Shown: piece after piece, positions 1 to 7,910 of the stretch
Layout: the number at the start of each line of letters is the position of its first letter
Numbering within the stretch: the first letter of the stretch is position 1
Assembly (NCBI GenBank): GCA_964477065.1
Contig: CAYZCU010000001.1
Location: 26,042-77,487 of the forward strand
Source: an uncultured Gammaproteobacteria bacterium
GTDB lineage: Bacteria > Patescibacteriota > Microgenomatia > UBA1406 > HO2-37-13b
Length of the DNA: 51,446 nucleotides
Reading direction: 5' to 3'
Notes under the pieces: model-generated
The model's database searches: none
The model's input: only the letters and a program-made list of their open reading frames with translations
What the model was told of the DNA's origin: nothing
Position numbers and translations under genes: made by a program

Positions 1-143
1 CGAAAACCAAGAGGTAAAAAATAGTATCTCCCTGCACTTGATTCTCTAATAAATCCTCCTCGATATAATAGACGGTAAGAATCATTACTCGCTTCTGCTG
101 TTGCTGTCTTTTCTGTCTTTGGAAACATCTGTGAATATTTCAT
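1..143 (-). CDS. proS: prolyl-tRNA synthetase, N-terminal fragment (gene runs off the window start)
   Basis: Absent from the ORF track because it is too short. The minus-strand ATG at 143..141 gives MKYSQMFPKTEKTATAEASNDSYRLLYRGGFIRESSAGRYYFLPLGFR. This matches the conserved bacterial ProRS N-terminus (..SHQLLLRAGFIRQ.aSG.Y..LPLG.R). A T-box leader lies directly upstream. Confidence 0.8.
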   Translation of the reverse strand, partial: MKYSQMFPKTEKTATAEASNDSYRLLYRGGFIRESSAGRYYFLPLGF

Positions 144-188
144 ATTGTTTTCATAAATTGTAATTACTTTATGGCCCTTCTCGCCAAT

Positions 189-240
189 AAAAAAGCCTCG
201 CCATCACACACCAACATTGGTTGATATGCAAGGACGAGGC
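189..240 (-). terminator. intrinsic terminator of the T-box expression platform
   Basis: GCCUCG (240..235) and CGAGGC (200..195) close a long imperfect hairpin rich in GU pairs, followed by U6 (194..189). The 5' arm shares CCUCG with the antiterminator 3' strand. Confidence 0.65.
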
Positions 241-430
241 ATCTCGTGTTACCACCTTGTTTTATCCAGTTGTTGCCAACTGAACCTTTGTAACCGACTC
301 ATTCCTCTTGGGCGACATCGGCATTTCTATGTGTCTTAATCACAGTTGAACTTCTGTGGAAAGTTAGTGGCCTTCAGTTATCGGACCATGTCCTTTCTCG
401 CTCAAAGGCAGGAAACCTTTTCATCGCGAA
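189..430 (-). promoter_or_regulatory. T-box riboswitch leader (proline specifier) controlling proS
   Basis: Read on the minus strand. K-turn hairpin CGC-GAUGA-AAAGG[UUUCCUG]CCUUU-GA-GCG (428..399); its 7-nt loop carries the Pro codon CCU (412..410) followed by a purine. F-box-like CGGUUA (296..291). Stem III CAGUUG-GCAA-CAACUG (282..267). T-box motif AAGGUGGUAACACGAG (258..243). Antiterminator ACGAG/CUCGU competes with the terminator. The proS ATG lies 45 nt after the U-tract. Confidence 0.7.
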
Positions 431-450
431 TTAAAATAATATCTATGAAT

Positions 451-459
451 AGTATAGCA
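451..459 (-). promoter_or_regulatory. extended -10 promoter (TGcTATACT) for the T-box/proS transcript
   Basis: Reverse complement of 451..459 is TGCTATACT, about 20 nt upstream of the GCGAUGA start of the leader. It has the same extended -10 shape as other promoters in the window. Confidence 0.5.
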
Positions 460-597
460 CATTGAATACCTTGTGATGGGGTGATGTTCTCACTATCTTT
501 CTCAAGTTCAACTCTGTGACATTACGATCATCGATCTCTGATTTTCGATCATGTACATGAGCTCATAATAGCAAATAGCGGTTCAAGATACCCTCCA

Positions 598-606
598 TGA
601 TATAAT
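598..606 (+). promoter_or_regulatory. extended -10 promoter TGaTATAAT
   Basis: TGATATAAT lies 33 nt upstream of the ATG at 640. Confidence 0.4.
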
Positions 607-639
607 AGCAATTGTTGTTACATTAAATTTTTACTACTG

Positions 640-921
640 ATGACTATTGAGAGAGGCGAAAATACCAGGTGGCGTACATTTGAGGTCGGACAGAATGTAA
701 GTATCGGTGTGCATTATTTTCGCCAAGGGCGCGAAATCTTAACCACGCTCTGTGCTGCTACTGCTGGCAACCCAACTAATTCTGGCATCGTTATAAGTGC
801 GATCCGTGGAGGATGCCCAGTAGGAAATGGTATTGCGGAAGTGCAATGTCAGACATGTGACTATCGTGAACATCTAATTTCGCAGAGAAATGGCACCGTA
901 AGGCATGTCTCCTATAGCTGA
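640..921 (+). CDS. hypothetical small protein (93 aa, 4 Cys including CQTC)
   Basis: Only long ORF in this interval. It has a promoter-like box upstream and no family I recognise. Confidence 0.4.
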   Translation: MTIERGENTRWRTFEVGQNVSIGVHYFRQGREILTTLCAATAGNPTNSGIVISAIRGGCPVGNGIAEVQCQTCDYREHLISQRNGTVRHVSYS

Positions 922-982
922 TAGTGTCTGTGGTTTTCAATACCTGAAATTCTTTTTGAGATCAAATGCTGAGCGTGTCGGA

Positions 983-1444
983 CTAGACTCTATGCGTCCC
1001 TACAACTTGCTCTTCTATTTGCAACAAATGTTCTCCTTGATTATGCTCGATTGATGCTTCAAGAAATCTTTTTGGAGTGAATTTAGGATGTGGGCCTGCT
1101 TGTTTATGCCATTCACTCTCTGGCAATTGTTCATATACCTGTATTATCTTATTCCCAGATGCAATAAGCTCACTGTATACTGTTTCCCAGTTTTTAAGTT
1201 TGCTCGATTGAACACTTTGGGCATTGAACCTGTCAACATCATTAACCCACCTAGGAGAAGTTCCCTGTAACAGGCTAGCAACCTGATGTAATGACTGCCT
1301 CTCCCATCCAGTCAAATGTGCCAACATATCTTTGAGACTCCACTCTCCGAACAAAACAATTTCTCGTTTCTCCTTCGGAAATGCATCAACCATTGCCTCG
1401 AATTGCGTTCGTGCCTCTTTGTATTTTTGAATAAGTGTTTTCAT
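983..1444 (-). CDS. ClbS/DfsB (DUF1706)-like or DinB-like four-helix-bundle protein
   Basis: MKTLIQKYKEARTQFEAMV...WSLKDMLAHLTGWERQSL resembles the ClbS/DfsB pattern. Start reset to the ATG at 1444 because the tracked 5' extension (to 1531) runs through a tRNA gene. Confidence 0.55.
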   Translation of the reverse strand: MKTLIQKYKEARTQFEAMVDAFPKEKREIVLFGEWSLKDMLAHLTGWERQSLHQVASLLQGTSPRWVNDVDRFNAQSVQSSKLKNWETVYSELIASGNKIIQVYEQLPESEWHKQAGPHPKFTPKRFLEASIEHNQGEHLLQIEEQVVGTHRV

Positions 1445-1447
1445 CTG

Positions 1448-1518
1448 CTGCCCAGCAGGGATTTGAACCCCAATTACTTCGTTCAGAGCGAAGCGTCCTA
1501 CCATTAGACGACCGGGCA
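1448..1518 (-). tRNA. tRNA-Gln (anticodon CUG)
   Basis: Minus strand: TGCCCGG TC GTCT AATGGTA GGAC G CTTCG CTCTGAA CGAAG TAAT TGGGG TTCAAAT CCCTG CTGGGCA G. This folds as a 71-nt cloverleaf with U1:A72, G73, U33 and a TTCAAAT T-loop. CCA is not encoded. Confidence 0.85.
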
Positions 1519-1554
1519 TGTCCGTCCACAAACTTTCGAAGTGATCGTGGCATT

Positions 1555-1563
1555 ATTGTACCA
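1555..1563 (-). promoter_or_regulatory. candidate extended -10 (TGgTACAAT) upstream of tRNA-Gln(CUG)
   Basis: Reverse complement is TGGTACAAT, located between the XRE stop (1574) and the tRNA 5' end (1518). Confidence 0.3.
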
Positions 1564-1573
1564 CCGTAATGCG

Positions 1574-1888
1574 CTATTTGCCAGATGTGGCAGTTGGGAT
1601 AAAGGAAATATGCAACGTGCAATCCAGTGCCTGGGCAATGCGCTTCATCAATCGAAAAGATGGATTTGCCGTCATGGATTCGATAGATGATATACGCGCT
1701 TGGGATGTTTTGACACGTGACGCAAGCTCCTGCTGAGTCTCTTTGCGAGCAAGACGCTTTTCAATCAGTGCAGATGCGAGAATAAACTCAGGTCGCGCCT
1801 CTTCCCATGCTTGCACAAATTTGGGATTTTTGAGTAGTTCACTCAAGTGATCTTGATAGTCGATAGTGTGGGACTTTACCTTTTTCAT
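1574..1888 (-). CDS. XRE-family helix-turn-helix transcriptional regulator
   Basis: ETQQELASRVKTSQARISSIESMTANPSFRLMKRIAQAL is a typical Cro/C1 HTH. Start placed at MKKVKS (1888); the tracked extension is an AT-rich run. Confidence 0.7.
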   Translation of the reverse strand: MKKVKSHTIDYQDHLSELLKNPKFVQAWEEARPEFILASALIEKRLARKETQQELASRVKTSQARISSIESMTANPSFRLMKRIAQALDCTLHISFIPTATSGK

Positions 1889-1894
1889 ATTTAA

Positions 1895-1918
1895 ATATAT
1901 ATCATATATGATATATAT
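1895..1918. promoter_or_regulatory. perfect 24-nt AT-rich palindrome; candidate operator overlapping the XRE promoter
   Basis: ATATATATCATATATGATATATAT is its own reverse complement and begins 7 nt upstream of the XRE ATG. Confidence 0.45.
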
Positions 1919-1940
1919 AGTCAACTGCCTATAGCACTAT

Positions 1941-2585
1941 CTACCGCCTGTGCTGACCTGGAGAGAGAAAGAGCTCGCACTCATCACCGACACATTCTTC
2001 AGGAGAAAGGCTCTGGTAGCGCTGATACATGCTTTCAAATTGCTCAAGATAATGAAGCACTTCGCGTGGGGTTGTAGCATAGCGAAACACTTTGTATTCT
2101 TCCTCACGGACGCGCATGTTTTTCCAAAAGGCATCGAGTATGCTTCGCCAAAATGGACCATACAAAATAAATGGCTTGTGCCTATCAAAGTACAAACGTG
2201 AAAGTGCCCATGCCATACCAAACTCAGAGATCGTCCCCGTTCCTCCATTAAAAAGCACATACGCATCCCCTTCCTCTAAAAGCCGTCTTGTCCTTTCGAC
2301 ATAATTAGATTCCTCAGTCGCTTTATCCACGAGGCGAATGTTTTCATCCATTTTCCCTTCAAAATGATTCACATGTTTTGGAGAAAAGTACACCGCCTCA
2401 ACACGGCCTCCTCCAGCTTTTGCCCCTTTTGAGCCAGCATACATCACCCCCGGACCACCACCATTGATCTGTGTATATCCATGCTCTGCCAGGAGTTTGG
2501 CAGTATCAAAGGCACTGACAAATTCCTCATCTTTTTCGTGAGATTGAGAATAGCCGAAGAACGTAACTGTATTGATAAGTTTCAT
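1941..2585 (-). CDS. LOG-family protein (TIGR00730-like nucleotide phosphoribohydrolase)
   Basis: Motifs NGGGPGVM and NGGTGTISE (PGGxGTxxE-like). An alternative GTG start at 2594 abuts the GH57 stop. Confidence 0.75.
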   Translation of the reverse strand: MKLINTVTFFGYSQSHEKDEEFVSAFDTAKLLAEHGYTQINGGGPGVMYAGSKGAKAGGGRVEAVYFSPKHVNHFEGKMDENIRLVDKATEESNYVERTRRLLEEGDAYVLFNGGTGTISEFGMAWALSRLYFDRHKPFILYGPFWRSILDAFWKNMRVREEEYKVFRYATTPREVLHYLEQFESMYQRYQSLSPEECVGDECELFLSPGQHRR

Positions 2586-2594
2586 AGCAATCAC

Positions 2595-3854
2595 TTACTT
2601 TACAGGTTTTTGACGCTTCTTTCCAGTCGAAGTTCGTGACTGTTTCACAGGTGATTCAAGCCGATCTAATCGAATTTCGATATCTTTCAGAGCATTCATA
2701 TAGGCTATGCATGCGTCATAGGGTGATTCATATGGGTTGAAATAGGCATGCACATCACCATCTGAAAACCACTTGGTACACATATAGTAAAAATGATCGG
2801 ATGTCAGCATATGTTGCCAGTCACTGAGAATCGTAGGATCGGTAGCCATTGACGCATAGACGCGCGGGCGCAATGCATAGACCTGCTCGATAGCATCTCG
2901 TTGCATTTTATTTCCGACCCATGCTGACAAATCTCGATCTGTATCTGCCCAGGTCAAGATATTGGGGACATCGATATAGCCAACAGATGGATATGTTTTA
3001 ATAACTTCTGTGGGCATCATGAAATTATTTTTGGGATTTTTCAGAAGTGCTTTGGGCAATGCAGATAAGAAATCAAATATACCTGTTTCTTCCCACTGAT
3101 GTTCCCCAAATGTTTCATAGTCCATAAAGAGGTTCACCGTTTGAGCATCATCTTCGATCGCGTTGATCCATGCTACAAATTTATCCACCGTCAACGGCCA
3201 TTCTGGCCATGATCGCTCTGAAAATCGAAAAGCAATATCATCTGAAAGGGTGTAATTTTTGAGGAGAACTTTAACATGCTCTGTATCAACGGGTTGGTAC
3301 ACATAGTTTGGACTGCGCCACTGTAAAATTGGATCCCACCCTTCAGCGACAAGGCCTGCATAGCCTGCCTCATCGGCCCATTTTGCAAGATCATTGTTGT
3401 ATGCCAATTCTGTATTTGAAAAAACACGCGGTGTGACGCCAAACAAGTCATGTATCCGCGTGCGATGTTGCTCGACTTGGCTTTCAAATTCATCACGATT
3501 ATAAAAAAAAGAGAGTGAATGATGATACGTCTCTCCTAAAATTTCCGCCTTCCCCGTTGCCACAATTTCTTTAAATTGTGTGATGACTGATGGATCGATT
3601 TCTTCAAGTTGATCAAGCAGGACACCCGTGAGAGACAAACTTACTTTAAATCCGGGAACGTCCTTGAGCAATTTCAGAAGTAATGCATTTGTTGGGATGT
3701 ATGATTTGTGGATGACTTTTTTGAGAATTTTTTTGTTATCAAGTCGCTCTTCATCTGTTTGGAAATAATCTGACGACGTACCAATATCAAAGACGCCAAA
3801 CCGTCGAATGCGACGGGGTTGATGCGCTTTGAGATAGAGACAAATGGTTGGCAT
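2595..3854 (-). CDS. glycoside hydrolase family 57 (alpha-amylase/branching-type)
   Basis: N-terminal ICLYLKAHQPRR (the HQP signature of GH57), ~420 aa, within a glycogen gene cluster. Confidence 0.7.
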   Translation of the reverse strand: MPTICLYLKAHQPRRIRRFGVFDIGTSSDYFQTDEERLDNKKILKKVIHKSYIPTNALLLKLLKDVPGFKVSLSLTGVLLDQLEEIDPSVITQFKEIVATGKAEILGETYHHSLSFFYNRDEFESQVEQHRTRIHDLFGVTPRVFSNTELAYNNDLAKWADEAGYAGLVAEGWDPILQWRSPNYVYQPVDTEHVKVLLKNYTLSDDIAFRFSERSWPEWPLTVDKFVAWINAIEDDAQTVNLFMDYETFGEHQWEETGIFDFLSALPKALLKNPKNNFMMPTEVIKTYPSVGYIDVPNILTWADTDRDLSAWVGNKMQRDAIEQVYALRPRVYASMATDPTILSDWQHMLTSDHFYYMCTKWFSDGDVHAYFNPYESPYDACIAYMNALKDIEIRLDRLESPVKQSRTSTGKKRQKPVK

Positions 3855-3857
3855 ATC

Positions 3858-5063
3858 TTAAATAAGTGAATGATATATACTGTTGCACTGCTCTGCAGAC
3901 CTCGACCACTGAAATGATTGAACTTCATCATAGCCATCATGCGTAAGGGATTCATGAAGAGCAGGGTATGACAAAAGTGCGATAAGCTTTTCAGCCAACC
4001 CATCAACATCCCAAAAATCCACCTTCAAAGCACTATGCAAACCCTCTGCAACACCTGATTGTTTAGATACGATAACCGGAGTATTATATGTCAACGCCTC
4101 AAGGGGAGATATGCCGAATGGCTCTGAGACTGATGGTTGCACGTACACATCAGCAGACGCATACATGCGAGCGAGATTTTTGCCACGCATCCATCCGGCA
4201 AAAAGCACATGCCCAGATAATCCCAAGTGCGCGGATAATTCAATCAACTCATATTCTTTTTCTCCAGAACCAACAAGTACCAACTTCGTTCGTGGGTGGA
4301 TTTTGATCACTTTTTGCATGGCACGAATCAAGTAATCCAACCCTTTATGCAAGGTAAATCGACCTGTATATAAAATGATTGTATATCCATGTTTTTTGAG
4401 CTCTAAAATATCATTGTCTTCAACTGTTTCATACGTGTCATCATGCGGAAGTGTCACCCCATTGTGAACGACATCAACACGCGATCGTTTCACGCCGTAC
4501 TTCGTATGCAAAATGTTTTTCGTGTATTCAGATACTGCGATGATGTGATCTGCTTTTTTGAAACTTTCATGCTCTACTTCGTGCACCGCAGGATTGACAC
4601 TTCCCCCACTGCGATCAAACTCTGTCGAATGCACATGCATAATCAATGGAGCGGAACTTTGTCGGCGCGCTTCAATCCCAGCCATGTACGTCATCCAATC
4701 ATGGACATGGATAATATCATGTTCGACATCATGGGCGATCGCTCCTGCAAGTTGTGCATAACGAATCACTTCTCCCATAAGATCAACAGAAAATCCATGA
4801 TTTCCTGAAAGTGCTTTCTTACGCATATACTCTGTTGGCGTCAGATAAGGAGACAGCAGGGAATACACAGACTTCATATCGATACGACCATTGTCTGCAA
4901 ATGAAAATGGCATCCAATCAGTATCAAGGGGAATTTCACGCGGAAGCACAAAATGAACATCCACCTCTTGTTGTACAAGTGCCTGTGTCAAGCCATGACA
5001 AGCAGTTCCGAGACCGCCACTGTTATGTGGGGGGAATTCCCAACCATACATCAAAATTTTCAT
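3858..5063 (-). CDS. glycogen(starch) synthase-like glycosyltransferase (GT4/GT5)
   Basis: N-terminal WEFPPHNSGGLGTA (KxGGL-like) and C-terminal SVSEPFGISPLEAL (E-x7-E). ATGA overlap with the GH15 stop. Confidence 0.7.
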   Translation of the reverse strand: MKILMYGWEFPPHNSGGLGTACHGLTQALVQQEVDVHFVLPREIPLDTDWMPFSFADNGRIDMKSVYSLLSPYLTPTEYMRKKALSGNHGFSVDLMGEVIRYAQLAGAIAHDVEHDIIHVHDWMTYMAGIEARRQSSAPLIMHVHSTEFDRSGGSVNPAVHEVEHESFKKADHIIAVSEYTKNILHTKYGVKRSRVDVVHNGVTLPHDDTYETVEDNDILELKKHGYTIILYTGRFTLHKGLDYLIRAMQKVIKIHPRTKLVLVGSGEKEYELIELSAHLGLSGHVLFAGWMRGKNLARMYASADVYVQPSVSEPFGISPLEALTYNTPVIVSKQSGVAEGLHSALKVDFWDVDGLAEKLIALLSYPALHESLTHDGYDEVQSFQWSRSAEQCNSIYHSLI

Positions 5064-7054
5064 ACTGCATACATGTGGGTACTTCCCAATTTTTCAGATT
5101 GTTCCATATACATCAAAAGCGTTTGGACATATTCAGCATGACTCCATGTCAATGGTGATGCTGAAATATGCTCACCCGTTTCAGGGTGTACTTGCTCAGG
5201 AAGTATACCTGATTCAAGTGCTCGCTGGGCAACCCATGTGATATGACTGTACGCCCGTGCTAATTCATCAGGAGATGTTGCTGTCAAAATAAAATACTGT
5301 GCAATCCATAGACTTGAGATAATCCATGGATTTCCAGGAAATGATAGGGACGCGCGAAAATAGCCATCATTGACATAGCGAGCAAATCCACCTATCCCCA
5401 CCTCTCCCTGCAAGCCTTTTTCACAGGAGATATGCTTCATCACATAATCCATCCCGCGAGTGATTTTTTCATCCGTGACATCAAAAATACCAAATCGGTA
5501 CATCGCATAGACACTTGAAATGTCACAGGTGGTATCGACACGATATTTTTTTCCATCTCGGTAGAGTCGCTTACAAAAATATCCTTCTTTCTCATCGTAC
5601 AATAAATCGACAAGTGCTTTTTTGATTTTTTCAGCAAAGGTGCGATATTTAAGTTCATTTTGCGTCTTGCCAAGAAGCCCTGCAAATCGAGATGCTGCCA
5701 TGAGCCCTGCATAGACTGCCCCAGCAGTAAATGCTGATATCCCATACTTCTCTTCCCAAAGATCATAACTCGGCAACGGCAGACCAGTCTCCGTGTCCAT
5801 GTAGCTCACCATGAATTCTGCAGATTTTTTGATACACGTATTGTAAAGCGTTTCGATAAGCTCTAAATCTTTTGAACTTTCATAATATTCGCCAAGCGCA
5901 AACAGCACAAGCGCTGTCTCATCCTCCTGAATAGGCAGATCGTCTGGATCTTGCTGAACCCACGGATGCCACGACGCACCCAATGATCCATCAGGGCGAT
6001 ATTTATGTCGAAGATAGCCTTCTTGGGTCAGAAGCCCATTACAAAAGCGAAAAAACTTTCGCGTGACGTGTGAGTAACCCGCTTTTTGCAAAGCACATGC
6101 TGTCAATGCTCCATCTCGGGGCCACATATAATTGTAGTAATCACGACCTTGCTTGAGCAAATCAGAATCACTTGATGCAATGATTGCTCCCGTGTCATCA
6201 ATATGTGCACGAACAATTAACAACGATTGTTTGAACACCTGTATCAGTCGCTCATCAATACCTTCGTATGAATATCCTTGTTTATTCACCCATGCTTTCC
6301 AATAATCTTGTGTCGTTTGCAATAAATACTGCGCCGTTTTTTCCAGCACATAGACATTGAGTTCATAGGCTTCTTCAAGCGTTTTGCCAATACACATCCA
6401 ATAGTGAATGGTGTAGTCAGCGCCACCTTTGATTTCACAGGTGCACCCCACGACAGAATCCACAAATCCATGTTCGATGGAATTTTGCTCAAGCCGACCG
6501 TCTTCTGCATCGACATACGTGCCCTCATGGCCTTCTATGCCAAGCAATCCGACACTATAGTCATCAATACCAACAACATCGTGATCACAATTCATCAAAA
6601 ATACGCGACGCCCCTTATAGTGAATCAAAACCTTTGCATGTGGATCATAAAAAGCAGTATCTCCACGATGTGCTTCATAAATTTCAAACTGATGATTCAT
6701 ATATAGTTTGATCGTCCGCTTCGTCGTACTATGATTGTGAAGGGTGATATGCCGAATAAAAATATTCTTTTCGTTATACACACAATCCTCAAAACGAATA
6801 GATATGTTTTTTTCTTCATGAAACGCATAGACATCACTCGTCATTGAGTCAGAGACCTGTCCTATTTTGAAGGTCCATCCGGGATGATCCATCCAGACGA
6901 TACCCCCGTCGACAAAGAGGCCAACTTTATGAAGAAGTTTTCCTGCCGTGTGATTCTCAAGCCCCACGTGAGGATAGTACAAATCATAGATTTGCGCATG
7001 TTGGTCGAGACCGACCAGAAGTGACCCATTTCCCAATGTTGCTATCTTTGGCAT
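5060..7054 (-). CDS. glycoside hydrolase family 15 (glucoamylase/glucodextranase-like)
   Basis: 664 aa with an N-terminal beta-sandwich region and a catalytic region containing YNYMWPRDGA and (alpha/alpha)6-type segments. Confidence 0.75.
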   Translation of the reverse strand: MPKIATLGNGSLLVGLDQHAQIYDLYYPHVGLENHTAGKLLHKVGLFVDGGIVWMDHPGWTFKIGQVSDSMTSDVYAFHEEKNISIRFEDCVYNEKNIFIRHITLHNHSTTKRTIKLYMNHQFEIYEAHRGDTAFYDPHAKVLIHYKGRRVFLMNCDHDVVGIDDYSVGLLGIEGHEGTYVDAEDGRLEQNSIEHGFVDSVVGCTCEIKGGADYTIHYWMCIGKTLEEAYELNVYVLEKTAQYLLQTTQDYWKAWVNKQGYSYEGIDERLIQVFKQSLLIVRAHIDDTGAIIASSDSDLLKQGRDYYNYMWPRDGALTACALQKAGYSHVTRKFFRFCNGLLTQEGYLRHKYRPDGSLGASWHPWVQQDPDDLPIQEDETALVLFALGEYYESSKDLELIETLYNTCIKKSAEFMVSYMDTETGLPLPSYDLWEEKYGISAFTAGAVYAGLMAASRFAGLLGKTQNELKYRTFAEKIKKALVDLLYDEKEGYFCKRLYRDGKKYRVDTTCDISSVYAMYRFGIFDVTDEKITRGMDYVMKHISCEKGLQGEVGIGGFARYVNDGYFRASLSFPGNPWIISSLWIAQYFILTATSPDELARAYSHITWVAQRALESGILPEQVHPETGEHISASPLTWSHAEYVQTLLMYMEQSEKLGSTHMYAV

Positions 7055-7057
7055 ATG

Positions 7058-7909
7058 CTACAACCTATGTATCAAGGATTGAAGCGTACGAACATACGCC
7101 ATCCCTCCATACAATCCCATCTCATCCCCCAACTGCGCCACACGAATTGCAGGGAGTTCTGGATATATAGGATGCTTCTTATCAGCATACATGATTTGAG
7201 AAAAATATTCTCGGACACGTTCAACATCGAGTGCTTCAGAAAGGACTAAACCACCACCAAGGACGATGGTGTCTGGTGACCACATGACGGTGACTGTACG
7301 CAGACCGAGTGCCAGATAGCGTGCAGATTCATCCCACACAGATTCATCCGTGATCTCACGAGGTTCTTTACCAAATCTTCTTGCTAAAGCAGACCCTGAT
7401 ATACGGGCATCAAGCGTCATGGTTTTCCCTTCTTCATCAATAATCATATGCCCCGGTTCCGCTCCATAGACGCCATGCATAATCTTCCCATCGACAATAA
7501 GTGCTCCTCCAACCCCCGTACTGATCGTGATGTACGCCATATCTGATGAATCCTTGCCAGCACCATAGTGCGCTTCGCCCAGACCACACAAGGCCGAGTC
7601 ATTTTCAAGATAGACAGGACATCCAAAGGCATGTCGCATCGTATCAACAAGTGATGCATCTGACCATCCTTTCAAATGAGGAGCATAATGAATCGCCGTT
7701 TTATCTGCATTTAAAATAGCAGGTACCCCAATGATAATCCCGCGGATATGCTCGCCAAAAGGAGGTTTGAAATGCTCATGGATCAGATCAATGACATGAG
7801 ATATGCCTGTGGCGTCAGTTGGAACAATAATCGGCTTCGAAAGTGCATCAAGCGTCAGTGAAGACGCAATTCTTGTCTTTGTCGCACCAATATCACAGAA
7901 AATATACAT
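7058..7909 (-). CDS. ROK-family sugar kinase (glucokinase-like)
   Basis: DIGATKTR phosphate-1 motif, ENDSALCGLGE and ISTGVGGA. Start moved to MYIFCDIG (7909) to remove the overlap with tkt. Confidence 0.7.
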   Translation of the reverse strand: MYIFCDIGATKTRIASSLTLDALSKPIIVPTDATGISHVIDLIHEHFKPPFGEHIRGIIIGVPAILNADKTAIHYAPHLKGWSDASLVDTMRHAFGCPVYLENDSALCGLGEAHYGAGKDSSDMAYITISTGVGGALIVDGKIMHGVYGAEPGHMIIDEEGKTMTLDARISGSALARRFGKEPREITDESVWDESARYLALGLRTVTVMWSPDTIVLGGGLVLSEALDVERVREYFSQIMYADKKHPIYPELPAIRVAQLGDEMGLYGGMAYVRTLQSLIHRL

Positions 7910-7910
7910 A

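Noticed and set aside
189-430. RNase P RNA, tmRNA, SRP RNA or 6S RNA in the proS upstream gap
   Set aside because: I looked for GGAAAGUCC-type RNase P boxes, a tRNA-like tmRNA end and the SRP GGAA/AGCA motif. Only loose resemblances appeared. The ordered K-turn, F-box, GGUGGUA and terminator pattern upstream of an aaRS gene fits a T-box much better.
1386-1622. ORF 1386..1622 (-) and the 5' extension of ORF 983..1531
   Set aside because: Both read through a well-formed tRNA-Gln(CUG) cloverleaf (1448..1518). The ClbS-like gene has a clean ATG at 1444.
3191-4808. Multiple 60-120-aa ORFs nested inside the GH57 and GT genes (for example 3191..3496, 3674..4009, 4443..4808), with similar ones inside GH15, tkt, gltX, aspS and recJ
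   Set aside because: They lie in alternative frames or strands of long genes with clear family motifs. They have no independent start signals, so they are typical shadow ORFs.
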